Positions 13,788 through 51,181 of a stretch of 64,000 nt of DNA are shown one piece after another (position 1 is the stretch's first letter; the number at the start of each line of letters is the position of its first letter). The notes below the pieces were generated by a model that saw only the letters and a list, made by a program, of their open reading frames with translations, was not told the DNA's origin and searched no databases. The stretch covers positions 9,703,778 through 9,767,777 of the forward strand of contig CM082597.2 of assembly GCA_040954595.2 (NCBI GenBank), written 5' to 3'. Source of the stretch: Balanoglossus misakiensis (Eukaryota > Animalia > Hemichordata). A program made the translations under genes and the position numbers.

Positions 13788-14860
13788 GTCGATTGGTATT
13801 AAAAAGTCAGCACGATTCCATACAGCCTAGGTACCTCTCATTCTTAGCTAAGGGACCGTTCAGTTTTTACGGCCGGGGGGGGCCGGCAAGTTTGTGTCAT
13901 GGGTTTTCAAAATCAGGCCGACCCCCCCCCTTCACCCAGGACAAAAAAATGATGACCCCCCCTTTGACAGACCAAAAAATATGATGACCCCCGCCCCCGC
14001 CGAAAACATTCGCCGTCCTGATCCTATGTACACTCTATGCAATAAAGGGAATGAGGCTCCTCACACCTCAATTATAAATTTATTAAAGTAATTGAAGTAT
14101 ATAATAGTATATCGTTGCAATAAAGAAATCTATGACCAAAATAAAATGATAAGTCAATACAATAGTTGCTAGAATTGGTAAAACAAGAAAAGTGGCGGGG
14201 GTGGGCGAGAAAATTTTGTAAAATACGGTGCTCAAACTTGCATTTTAATGAACTCAAAAGCAAATTAACTCAATGTTAGGGAGGACAAATTTTAATTTTG
14301 CCACTCCACTCAAAGTAAGCATCGGGGGTGGGGTGGTAAGAAGTCTGCCCTGGTATACTAGACAAACCAGCGAATAAATGGTATGTGGCGAAGAATGGAG
14401 GGGGTGGGTGTGGGAGGGGGTGGTCCCCTCCCACCTAAGAAAATTTTGTAAAATATGTAGCTCAAAGTTGCATTTTTATGAACTCAAAATCAAATTATCT
14501 CAATGTTTGGGAGGACCAATTTTACTTTTTGCCACTCCTCTCAAAGTTAGAAGATTTGGCGTCATCTTCGTCATGACATCATTTATAAAACTTCTAGTAT
14601 ATAGAAGATGCAGCACGAAACTATCAGTTATGCGAAATGGTTTAAACGATTATTCTCCTTTATATATTTACTTTGTTATATATTATCATCAGTGGGGTTG
14701 GGGTGGCAAGCACTATGCCCTGGAACACTAGACAAAAAGAGTCTTTTTCCTAGGGTAGAGTATAGGTCGGCCAGTACAGTACGTGTTAGGGGCCGGGAGA
14801 AGACAGCATGCATAGGTATGTTGGATTTTAACACATGATAGATAACAAGAACTACTACAA

Positions 14861-14897
<37 letters not shown>

Positions 14898-16076
14898 TAA
14901 TAATAATAATAATAATAATTTTTAATATTTTTTCCATTTTTTATTCATAATAATAATATTATTCATTTGACCACAACTATGAGCCTGAGTTCCCTGTGGT
15001 CGATTGGTATTAAAAAGTCAGCACGATTCCATACAGCCTAGGTACCTCTCATTCTTAGCTAAGGGACCGTTCAGTTTTTACGGCCGGGGGGGGGGCCGGC
15101 AAGTTTGTGTCATGGGTTTTCAAAATCAGGCCGACCCCCCCCCCCCTTCACCCAGGACAAAAAAATGATGACCCCCCCTTTGACAGACCAAAAAATATGA
15201 TGACCCCCGCCCCCGCCGAAAACATTCGCCGTCCTGATCCTATGTACACTCTATGCAATAAAGGGAATGAGGCTCCTCACACCTCAATTATAAATTTATT
15301 AAAGTAATTGAAGTATATAATAGTATATCGTTGCAATAAAGAAATCTATGACCAAAATAAAATGATAAGTCAATACAATAGTTGCTAGAATTGGTAAAAC
15401 AAGAAAAGTGGCGGGGGTGGGCGAGAAAATTTTGTAAAATACGGTGCTCAAACTTGCATTTTAATGAACTCAAAAGCAAATTAACTCAATGTTAGGGAGG
15501 ACAAATTTTAATTTTGCCACTCCACTCAAAGTAAGCATCGGGGGTGGGGTGGTAAGAAGTCTGCCCTGGTATACTAGACAAACCAGCGAATAAATGGTAT
15601 GTGGCGAAGAATGGAGGGGGTGGGTGTGGGAGGGGGTGGTCCCCTCCCACCTAAGAAAATTTTGTAAAATATGTAGCTCAAAGTTGCATTTTTATGAACT
15701 CAAAATCAAATTATCTCAATGTTTGGGAGGACCAATTTTACTTTTTGCCACTCCTCTCAAAGTTAGAAGATTTGGCGTCATCTTCGTCATGACATCATTT
15801 ATAAAACTTCTAGTATATAGAAGATGCAGCACGAAACTATCAGTTATGCGAAATGGTTTAAACGATTATTCTCCTTTATATATTTACTTTGTTATATATT
15901 ATCATCAGTGGGGTTGGGGTGGCAAGCACTATGCCCTGGAACACTAGACAAAAAGAGTCTTTTTCCTAGGGTAGAGTATAGGTCGGCCAGTACAGTACGT
16001 GTTAGGGGCCGGGAGAAGACAGCATGCATAGGTATGTTGGATTTTAACACATGATAGATAACAAGAACTACTACAA

Positions 16077-16110
<34 letters not shown>

Positions 16111-17285
16111 TAATAATAATAATAATAATAATTTTTAATATTTTTTCCATTTTTTATTCATAATAATAATATTATTCATTTGACCACAACTATGAGCCTG
16201 AGTTCCCTGTGGTCGATTGGTATTAAAAAGTCAGCACGATTCCATACAGCCTAGGTACCTCTCATTCTTAGCTAAGGGACCGTTCAGTTTTTACGGCCGG
16301 GGGGGGGCCGGCAAGTTTGTGTCATGGGTTTTCAAAATCAGGCCGACCCCCCCCCTTCACCCAGGACAAAAAAATGATGACCCCCCCTTTGACAGACCAA
16401 AAAATATGATGACCCCCGCCCCCGCCGAAAACATTCGCCGTCCTGATCCTATGTACACTCTATGCAATAAAGGGAATGAGGCTCCTCACACCTCAATTAT
16501 AAATTTATTAAAGTAATTGAAGTATATAATAGTATATCGTTGCAATAAAGAAATCTATGACCAAAATAAAATGATAAGTCAATACAATAGTTGCTAGAAT
16601 TGGTAAAACAAGAAAAGTGGCGGGGGTGGGCGAGAAAATTTTGTAAAATACGGTGCTCAAACTTGCATTTTAATGAACTCAAAAGCAAATTAACTCAATG
16701 TTAGGGAGGACAAATTTTAATTTTGCCACTCCACTCAAAGTAAGCATCGGGGGTGGGGTGGTAAGAAGTCTGCCCTGGTATACTAGACAAACCAGCGAAT
16801 AAATGGTATGTGGCGAAGAATGGAGGGGGTGGGTGTGGGAGGGGGTGGTCCCCTCCCACCTAAGAAAATTTTGTAAAATATGTAGCTCAAAGTTGCATTT
16901 TTATGAACTCAAAATCAAATTATCTCAATGTTTGGGAGGACCAATTTTACTTTTTGCCACTCCTCTCAAAGTTAGAAGATTTGGCGTCATCTTCGTCATG
17001 ACATCATTTATAAAACTTCTAGTATATAGAAGATGCAGCACGAAACTATCAGTTATGCGAAATGGTTTAAACGATTATTCTCCTTTATATATTTACTTTG
17101 TTATATATTATCATCAGTGGGGTTGGGGTGGCAAGCACTATGCCCTGGAACACTAGACAAAAAGAGTCTTTTTCCTAGGGTAGAGTATAGGTCGGCCAGT
17201 ACAGTACGTGTTAGGGGCCGGGAGAAGACAGCATGCATAGGTATGTTGGATTTTAACACATGATAGATAACAAGAACTACTACAA

Positions 17286-17319
<34 letters not shown>

Positions 17320-18370
17320 TAATAATAATAATAATAATAATTTTTAATATTTTTTCCATTTTTTATTCATAATAATAATATTATTCATTTGACCACAACT
17401 ATGAGCCTGAGTTCCCTGTGGTCGATTGGTATTAAAAAGTCAGCACGATTCCATACAGCCTAGGTACCTCTCATTCTTAGCTAAGGGACCGTTCAGTTTT
17501 TACGGCCGGGGGGGGGGCCGGCAAGTTTGTGTCATGGGTTTTCAAAATCAGGCCGACCCCCCCCCCTTCACCCAGGACAAAAAAATGATGACCCCCCCTT
17601 TGACAGACCAAAAAATATGATGACCCCCGCCCCCGCCGAAAACATTCGCCGTCCTGATCCTATGTACACTCTATGCAATAAAGGGAATGAGGCTCCTCAC
17701 ACCTCAATTATAAATTTATTAAAGTAATTGAAGTATATAATAGTATATCGTTGCAATAAAGAAATCTATGACCAAAATAAAATGATAAGTCAATACAATA
17801 GTTGCTAGAATTGGTAAAACAAGAAAAGTGGCGGGGGTGGGCGAGAAAATTTTGTAAAATACGGTGCTCAAACTTGCATTTTAATGAACTCAAAAGCAAA
17901 TTAACTCAATGTTAGGGAGGACAAATTTTAATTTTGCCACTCCACTCAAAGTAAGCATCGGGGGTGGGGTGGTAAGAAGTCTGCCCTGGTATACTAGACA
18001 AACCAGCGAATAAATGGTATGTGGCGAAGAATGGAGGGGGTGGGTGTGGGAGGGGGTGGTCCCCTCCCACCTAAGAAAATTTTGTAAAATATGTAGCTCA
18101 AAGTTGCATTTTTATGAACTCAAAATCAAATTATCTCAATGTTTGGGAGGACCAATTTTACTTTTTGCCACTCCTCTCAAAGTTAGAAGATTTGGCGTCA
18201 TCTTCGTCATGACATCATTTATAAAACTTCTAGTATATAGAAGATGCAGCACGAAACTATCAGTTATGCGAAATGGTTTAAACGATTATTCTCCTTTATA
18301 TATTTACTTTGTTATATATTATCATCAGTGGGGTTGGGGTGGCAAGCACTATGCCCTGGAACACTAGACA
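13524..18370. repeat. Tandem array of 4 near-identical ~1.21-kb units
   Basis: An equivalent base recurs at 13531, 14741, 15957 and 17166 (periods 1210, 1216, 1209). Units differ almost only in homopolymer and (AAT)n lengths, and identical ORFs recur in the ORF track. Confidence 0.95.
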
Positions 18371-18784
18371 TTAGAAAATTTTGTAAAATAAAGGGCGCGA
18401 AACTGCAATTTTGTGGACTCAAAAGCAAAAGTTCGGTGGCAAAAGTACGTGACCCCCCCCCCTAAATGTTTAAAAAAAACAGATGACCCCCCCCCTTTTG
18501 GACTTCAAAATTTAAGTGACCCCCCCTGGATTTTGCCGCTCCCCCCCCCCCCGGCCGTAAAAACTGAACGGTCCCTTAGAAAATTTTGTAAAATAAAGGG
18601 CGCGAAACTGCAATTTTGTGGACTCAAAAGCAAAAGTTCGGTGGCAAAAGTACGTGACCCCCCCTAAATGTTTAAAAAAAACAGATGACCCCCCCCTCCC
18701 CCTTTTGGACTTCAAAATTTAAGTGACCCCCCCCCCCTGGATTTTGCCGCCCCCCCCCCCCGGCCGTAAAAACTGAACGGTCCC
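13852..18784. mobile_element. PIF/Harbinger-type MITE, rearranged (left end x4, right end x2)
   Basis: TIR gggaccgttcagtttttacggcc(g)n / (c)nggccgtaaaaactgaacggtccc; TAA at 13849-13851 and 18785-18787; internal ~230-bp subrepeats; right end duplicated at 18371-18575 and 18576-18784. Confidence 0.75.
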
Positions 18785-20862
18785 TAAACGAGATAGTTCT
18801 ACCAAAAGAGTGCAATCCGCTGTTACATTCCCCGTTGCAAGTCGCCCGGCGTGACACTCACATGTTTTCTATCGGAGAAAGATACTCGGCCAGGAAAAGG
18901 TAAACTCACTGGAATCAAACCGAACCAAGCGAATGGAATGGAATAAAAAAAAACAAGAAGTACACAAATACATGAAGGTTCATGTACTGTTTATGTTTAT
19001 GTCTATTTTGGTCACCTAATAAATGAAAAAGATATAAAAATGTTAAATTTAGTTGGTAATGAAACTAATATTAAACAACCTGCTATCTGATCTCTGTGGC
19101 CGGTCTTAGTCAAAAGCTTAGTAGTGTGTTATGTCTGAAAGACACCCATGCAAGCATGCACCACCCTACCATAAACCACCATCCAGCCCGAGTCTACACC
19201 AGGCTGCTCTTTATAATAAATAATGGACTGGGTAGACTAAGACGAACAAGTAATGCAATTTATTCTGGACGAATGACTACGGACAACTACTTGCCAAGGG
19301 TTTTTGTGTCAAATAGTTCGATCGGCGATTACCGTTTGGCGGCATGAAAGGACAAGGATTGTCATACCGATATAGGTCTAACTTAGCGACCTATATAGGT
19401 CTGGTCTACGCCATCTTTTCCTGAAACGTCCGTGTCAAAAGTTCAAGACGGTAAATAACAGCCACATTGTTTGTTCTGACCCACAATGGCGGGTTTCATC
19501 CGTGCCTGTGCTAGTATGCAACACATACAGAGGGACTGGGATACAGGTATGTAACCAAACTAACCTTCAAACATGTTTACTTTGCTGACTCAGTCTCACT
19601 GCACGGGAATCATACCAATTGTCGACGTACAGTTATCACCAAAGATGAATGTAATGATGCCAAAATAGTTCATAAAATAGACAGCTGACCTTAACCTTCC
19701 ATGTTCTTCAAAATCGACCGTCTTGACTCTACAGTTAATAATCTCGACATTTTGCAAAACACTTGAGCAATTTCATGTTTTCATAGAATATGAATCAAAC
19801 ATATTATTGGGTCATTCATCTAATGAGATTTGGGTTATCAACTGCTGTCACCGTGTACTCATTCAAGACTTTGTGCTTTTTCAATCATCTTTCCATGTAG
19901 GTTCTTTCATATGTAAATCAAACTCTGTCAAGCCATGGAGGTACTAGTACCTCCATGGTCAAGCGTAGGCCTAACTGTTAAATCTTGTTGGTACGACTTT
20001 CCTACAGATCACTGACCTGGTGTAAAAATCTATCAGAAGGTACCTTCAGTTTGGTGCGTCCTTCATGTGTAATTCGTAGTCTGTATAAGATTGTCAGTGC
20101 GTTAAGACAAACTGTGAGAAAGATTAGGCCTACAAGTGCTCTGTTTACAGTTTTAACATAGCTCTACGCAATATAGATAGTAAATGCAGCTTCTGGCAGG
20201 TCTTCAATTGCCGTTATACATATACATATACATATAAATGCTTTGTTGAAAAGCTAAAGAATGGGCATTTCATAAAACTATCCAGAGTAGAACAAGAAAC
20301 ACGAATTGGTGCATGTGAAATAAATGCAAATGTACGCACTGAGAAAATAGCCAGACATTAGCGTTACTGGGGCATAAAAAACGGCCGGCGCTTGTAAACA
20401 TATCAGGCATGCATCACTTTGTATTACTAGTATATTGGTCCCTGAATGTTGTACGCACCTCGAAGACAGATTCAAAAAAGATCTTTGTCCTCTAGTCTTT
20501 CAATATTTTAGTGATTGTATTTTTGAAAAACAAAGAAGAAAACATGCATGTTTGCCGTCTTGTTGTTAGAAAAATCACTACTTTAGTTTTATTAATCTTA
20601 CACACAAACGCAGGCACGCGCACACGCACATACACAAACGAACACAGCGAAAAACACAAAGGCTGGGTTCTACCATAGACATCTACTGATAGAAATAATG
20701 GACGACGCCCTGACCATTAACGTCTGCAGTTTATGGGCAAGGGCGAGGGGAAAGCCAAAAATTCATGGGCGAGGCTTCCGAGTCTTTAGGTTAATTGTTG
20801 GTTACCTTTTCATGTGAACTTCTTTTTTCCCCAGAACAAATCATATACATGTAGTTGCTGAA

Positions 20863-22034
20863 ATGATCGAAAGCAAAATGGGACAAAAACAGACGAGAGA
20901 TAGAAGATTGAGTGCGGACATCCTTAGCAAGAAAACAAGCAAGATGAAAGGTGGGATTATTCAATTGTATTCATACTGCTAATTTCTAGAATACACGTAA
21001 AGGAGATTGCTTTCAAACATTTCATTGACATGCCTTTGGATATATTTGTGTCGAACATAAAGCATTAGCTTGATTGCTTGCTTGCTTGCTTGACTAACTG
21101 ACTGGCTGATTGATCGATTGATTGATTGGTTGATTGATTGATTGATTGATTGACTTAATAAATGAGTGATGACATACTGAATGACTGATTCACTGAATTA
21201 CTCAATTGAATTGATTAGTTTGTTGATTGATGTCCATTTTAATTCGTATTGTTAGGAAAAGTAGTGACTTTGGAGAAAGAAGCCGACCTACTTGTACAGG
21301 AGAAAAATTTCAAGAAAGCCGAATGTAAACTACAGAAAGCTTTGTCATGTTTGTTAGAAATCCACGGTAAACACTCGCCTCATCAAGAGGTTGCCAAGAT
21401 ACAAACAAAATTGGGTTACGTACTTGAGCAGCTGAAAGACAAAAGAAAATCACTGCATTTCTTAGAGATGGCGTTGTTGACATGGCGACAGCTTCACGGC
21501 AACTACTTGGAAGACCCGGATGATAAAATTGCATATCTCATAACAGATTTATGCCGATGTTGGAGAAAGTTCGGTGACAACGAGAAAGCTATAGAGTACG
21601 GTGAAGACGCAGTCACAATGAGAGAACATTTATTCTCCAGCCATCGTAATTCTCAGACGTGTCTGTCATTAGCATACGCTCATTACCACGTTGGGAAAGC
21701 TTATTGTTACTTTGAAGGTAGTCTGGAGAAGGCAATGCATCACCTGAAGCGAGCGTCGTGGTGCCTTGATGAGATTTCCCATCATTCCCTGTTTTCAAAC
21801 AAGTTCCGTGACGAAACGCCTTTGATTCGATTTAAAGCTAAGGTGTATTCGTCCATCGCGGAGTGTCATAAGGATTGTGGTGATTTGATACCGGCAATGA
21901 ACTACACAAAATTAGCATTTCAGTTATTTAAAATAGTTCATGGCGCCAACTCAACGCACAGAGACATTGCCTGGGTGCTGAAATTGATGGTTACCATCGA
22001 AAGACGAGTTAAGGATGAAGTCATGCAGCATTAA
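20863..22034 (+). CDS. TPR-repeat protein (kinesin light chain/NPHP3-type TPRs), about 288 aa
   Basis: Exon 20863-20950 (phase 1) splices in frame to 21256-22034. Helical repeats with motifs HQEVAKIQTKLG, GDNEKAIEYGEDAVTMRE, VHGANSTHRDIAWVL. A possible further upstream exon at 19486-19546 is in frame via the acceptor at 20854. Confidence 0.7.
21070..21155. repeat. Compound (GCTT)/(GACT)/(GATT)n microsatellite
   Basis: Directly visible in the intron of the TPR gene. Confidence 0.85.
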
Positions 22035-22720
22035 GTGACAAAGCCGATAACTTTCATCACATTTACTTACTCAAAGGCCCACTATATACTAGTACAACGT
22101 TTGACTATCTTTTGTTTGTTTTTCCAGTTTTTATTATGTATATCGACCATGGTTATTTTATTCGGCTCTCCGAAGCGGAGTTAAATGTGTACATGTAGTG
22201 GTAACCTTCTCAATATAGTCCAGTTGTGACGTGTGCATGCGCACAATCGACATTGTTGTATACGTGCGTACAAGAATCTTCACAACATTCAAAATGGTGT
22301 CATCCGTCAGCTTAGGATAGGGAGAAATGAGAATGATTTCCTTCTTTAAAAATGTCACAGTGATTAAAAGTGGCAGCTCTTGGGGCTTTGAGCTCAGACT
22401 TGAATGTGTTTGTCAATCGTACAATAAACATGCATCCACATGACTTGTTGACAAGCAGAAAAATTGGGCTTGTTATAGCCTGAAACTGTAGGGGGAGAAC
22501 ATGACAATGTTAGGTGACACACAAATTGAAAAATAGTCTCCCAACTCTGTCATACAGATTTACGTACAAATAAATGGCGATGTGGTTACAATCCAAGCGA
22601 ATTTTATATATAGTAGAAAAGACTATTAGGGGCCTACGCCAAGTATCAGTCTACGTGTATTTGTTGACCTGTATGATATGAATACATTCCTCCTCCCTCA
22701 TGATCAAAACAACACACTAA

Positions 22721-23165
22721 GGGATCGTTCAGTTTTTACGGCTGGGGGCTGGCAAAATCCAAGGGGGTCACTTAAATTTTGAAATCCAAAAGGGGTCATC
22801 TTTTTTTTAAACGTTTAGGGGGGGGGGGTCACATACTTTTGCCACCAAACTTTTGCAAAATTGCAGTTTCGCCCTCTTTATTTTACAAAATTTTCTAACG
22901 TGCGAGGGGACACCCCCTCCCACACCCACTCCTTCATTCTTCGACACCTTTCATGTATTAGCTAGTTTGTCTAGTGTACCAGGCAGCACATGGTACTTGC
23001 CTCCCCCTACCGATGGTAACTTTGAGGGGCAAAGGTGAAATTTGTCCTCCCAAACATTGTTGAGTTAATTTGCTTTTGAGTTCATTAAAATGCAGCTTTG
23101 AGCTCTGGATTTTATAAAAAGTTTCTAACGTCCGAGGGGACACCCCCTCCCGCACCCACCCCCTT
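22721..23165 (-). mobile_element. Truncated inverted copy of the 13852-18784 Harbinger family
   Basis: TAA then gggatcgttcagtttttacggc; reverse complement of 18371-18575 and of the internal subrepeats. Confidence 0.75.
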
Positions 23166-23720
23166 CACTTCTCTTGATTGCTGCCAACTTGATTTGTATT
23201 TTTAGTTTATTCATTGGAATTGATATTCTCCACACAGATAGGGAATATTAACCCCGTTTAATTTTTCGCTTATGGATGTACAGTACTCTCTACGTGTGCG
23301 TGTCCAGTACGATGGAGCGTGAACTGAGCTTAGGTCTCGGTTACCCAGACGCCTTTGCTCTTCCGATGCTCTCCAGAAAAGGGTCTGGGGAAATACTATT
23401 GAAAGCTTTGTGAAACAAAATGGCCGATGTCAGGATTTTGATCATCGCCTGATTGGCTGAGCTGTCAGTATGACCCGGGTCACTGACTCTCGACAATGTG
23501 TGATTATTTGTCGTATCTTCATATCAAGAGACCGGTACTTGTTGGTTGATGCGAAAGGCAAAAGGCGTCCTCTGTTAGCATTGTTGGAGAAATTATATGA
23601 AATATCTTTGGTAGACGATTGTCGAAACTATTGCAGTGACCCGGGTCATACTGACAGCTCAGCCAATCAGGCGATGATCAAAATCCTGACATCGGCCATT
23701 TTGTTTTACAAAGCTTTCAA

Positions 23721-24147
23721 TAGTCTCGGTTACCCAGAGCCCTCTGCTTCTTCCGTTAGGCACTCCAGAAAGAGGGTCTGGGGAAACCCGGTAGACAAAT
23801 CGCCGGGCGGAATCGGGACAGCTGCGATGCATGACGGGAGATTAATATTCCAAAATGGCGACGTCCTGCGCGAGAACCTCACAGCCGACATGTATGACAT
23901 ACGATAAAGAAAACATGCTGAGAAGTGCTAGATCTGCTAAAACTGTATACAAATTGAAAAGAGAGAGAGAAGTTTGGTAAATAGTTTTCTAATATCGTCA
24001 TATCATAATATCGTATCGAATATTAAGCTCCCGTCATGCATCGCAGCTGTCCTGATTCCGCCCGGCGATTTGTCTACCGGGTTTCCCTAGACCCTCTTTC
24101 TGGAGTGCCTAACGGAAGAAGCAGAGGGCTCTGGGTAACCGAGACTA
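23721..24147. mobile_element. Long-TIR MITE, TAGTCT termini, 9-bp TSD
   Basis: ~130-bp TIRs tagtctcggttacccagagccc.. / ..gggctctgggtaaccgagacta; agctttcaa duplicated at 23712-23720 and 24148-24156. Confidence 0.85.
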
Positions 24148-24207
24148 AGCTTTCAATAGTATTTCCCCAGACCCTTTTCTGGAGAGCATCGGAAGAAGCA
24201 AAGGCGT

Positions 24208-24588
24208 TTATAACACACCATGCAGCGAACCCTCGATCGTGATTCGTCAATACGACGTCACGTGACCTTAGTCATTTCGAATTATAACACACCATGCAGC
24301 GAACCCTCGATCGTGATTCGTCAATACGACGTCACGTGACCTTAGTCATTTCGAACTGTTGCCTGGGGCATCAGTTCGATCGGTTTGGTGTGTTATAAAA
24401 CACATGATGGCTGACATATTCGGGCAACAGTGTATTTTTAATGACCTCGGGACTGCCAGTCACACCAAAACAGTCTGTTTCCCCTCGGGCTGTGCCCTCG
24501 GGAAAACAAGACTGTTTTAGTTGTGACTAGCAGCACCCTCGGTCATCAAAATACACTGTTGCCCTCATTGTCAGTCATCATGTGTATA
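24208..24588 (-). mobile_element. Crypton-like element family A copy 2 (inverted, 74-bp terminal tandem duplication)
   Basis: Reverse complement of 2936-3284 with an internal deletion; 24208-24281 is repeated from 24282; no TSD. Confidence 0.7.
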
Positions 24589-24614
24589 CACTGTACTGGG
24601 TAACCGAGACTACG

Positions 24615-25140
24615 CGGTACGCCACGATGCTGAAGTTAGTGTCGATTTCGGATTCGGATTCAGTTTCGGATTCGGTTTCGGATTCGGGTTCGAGAGACTG
24701 AAAGTAGTTAAGCATTTTCGAGCGACCATCGCGACCATACGAGTATGAAAATATGAATATATTTGATCAAACTCTCTCGACATGTTATGTATGATATTTT
24801 TGGCACCAAAACACTGTTTTTTTCACATCGGAAATTGTTAAATACATATTTTATTATTGAAAAACATACTTCAATGGTAGAAAGATAATATTTTGTAATT
24901 TTCGGTTTGAATAAACATTTTTGGGGTGAGAAAAATGTCATACATAATAAGTACAGATTAAATCAAATTTATTCGTGTTTTAGTAAAGTAATTTTCATTC
25001 TTGTACTGCAGATGCCTAACCGCGATGGTTGCCCGAAAATGCTAAACTACTTTCAGTCTCTCCAACCCGAATCCGAAACCTAATCCGAAACTGAATCCGA
25101 AACCGAATCCGAGTCTTACTTCAGTATCGTGACTGCGCCG
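24615..25140. mobile_element. Inverted-repeat element with (TTCGGA)-like hexamer arrays in its arms
   Basis: cacgatgctgaagt..(ttcgga)n..gagagactgaaagtagtt..cattttcg is mirrored at 25035-25131; AT-rich interior; ends about 100 bp upstream of the PP2A ATG. Confidence 0.65.
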
Positions 25141-25149
25141 GCGTAACAC

Positions 25150-25163
25150 GCGCCCTCTTGTGG
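25150..25163 (-). promoter_or_regulatory. CTCF-like site in the PP2A-A promoter
   Basis: gcgccctcttgtgg is one mismatch from the CTCF core GCGCCCYCTRGTGG. A YY1-type aagatggcggc overlaps the start codon at 25240. Confidence 0.4.
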
Positions 25164-25239
25164 TTGTATAGTAATTAGTTTACCCGTGGATATTTTCTTC
25201 TGAAACCCGTTTATTAGAGCTCCAAGTAAGAAATTCAAG

Positions 25240-51181
<25,942 letters not shown>

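Larger units (their letters stand above)
23331..24612. mobile_element. Long-TIR element (tag(g)tctcggttacccag termini) carrying two nested insertions
   Basis: Left arm 23331-23485 is mirrored by the pieces 23635-23720, 24157-24207 and 24596-24612. No TSD could be read. Confidence 0.7.

Noticed and set aside
14395-14425. G-quadruplex-like G runs
   Set aside because: They are part of the Harbinger MITE subrepeat, with no independent evidence of function.
13793-18367. Recurrent 63-117 aa ORFs in the 1.2-kb array, read as a multicopy gene or CRISPR-like locus
   Set aside because: The units are identical MITE-derived DNA with frames broken by homopolymer length changes; there are no unique spacers and no cas genes.
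23470-23907. 145-aa ORF
   Set aside because: It runs across two nested palindromic MITEs and has no recognisable domain.
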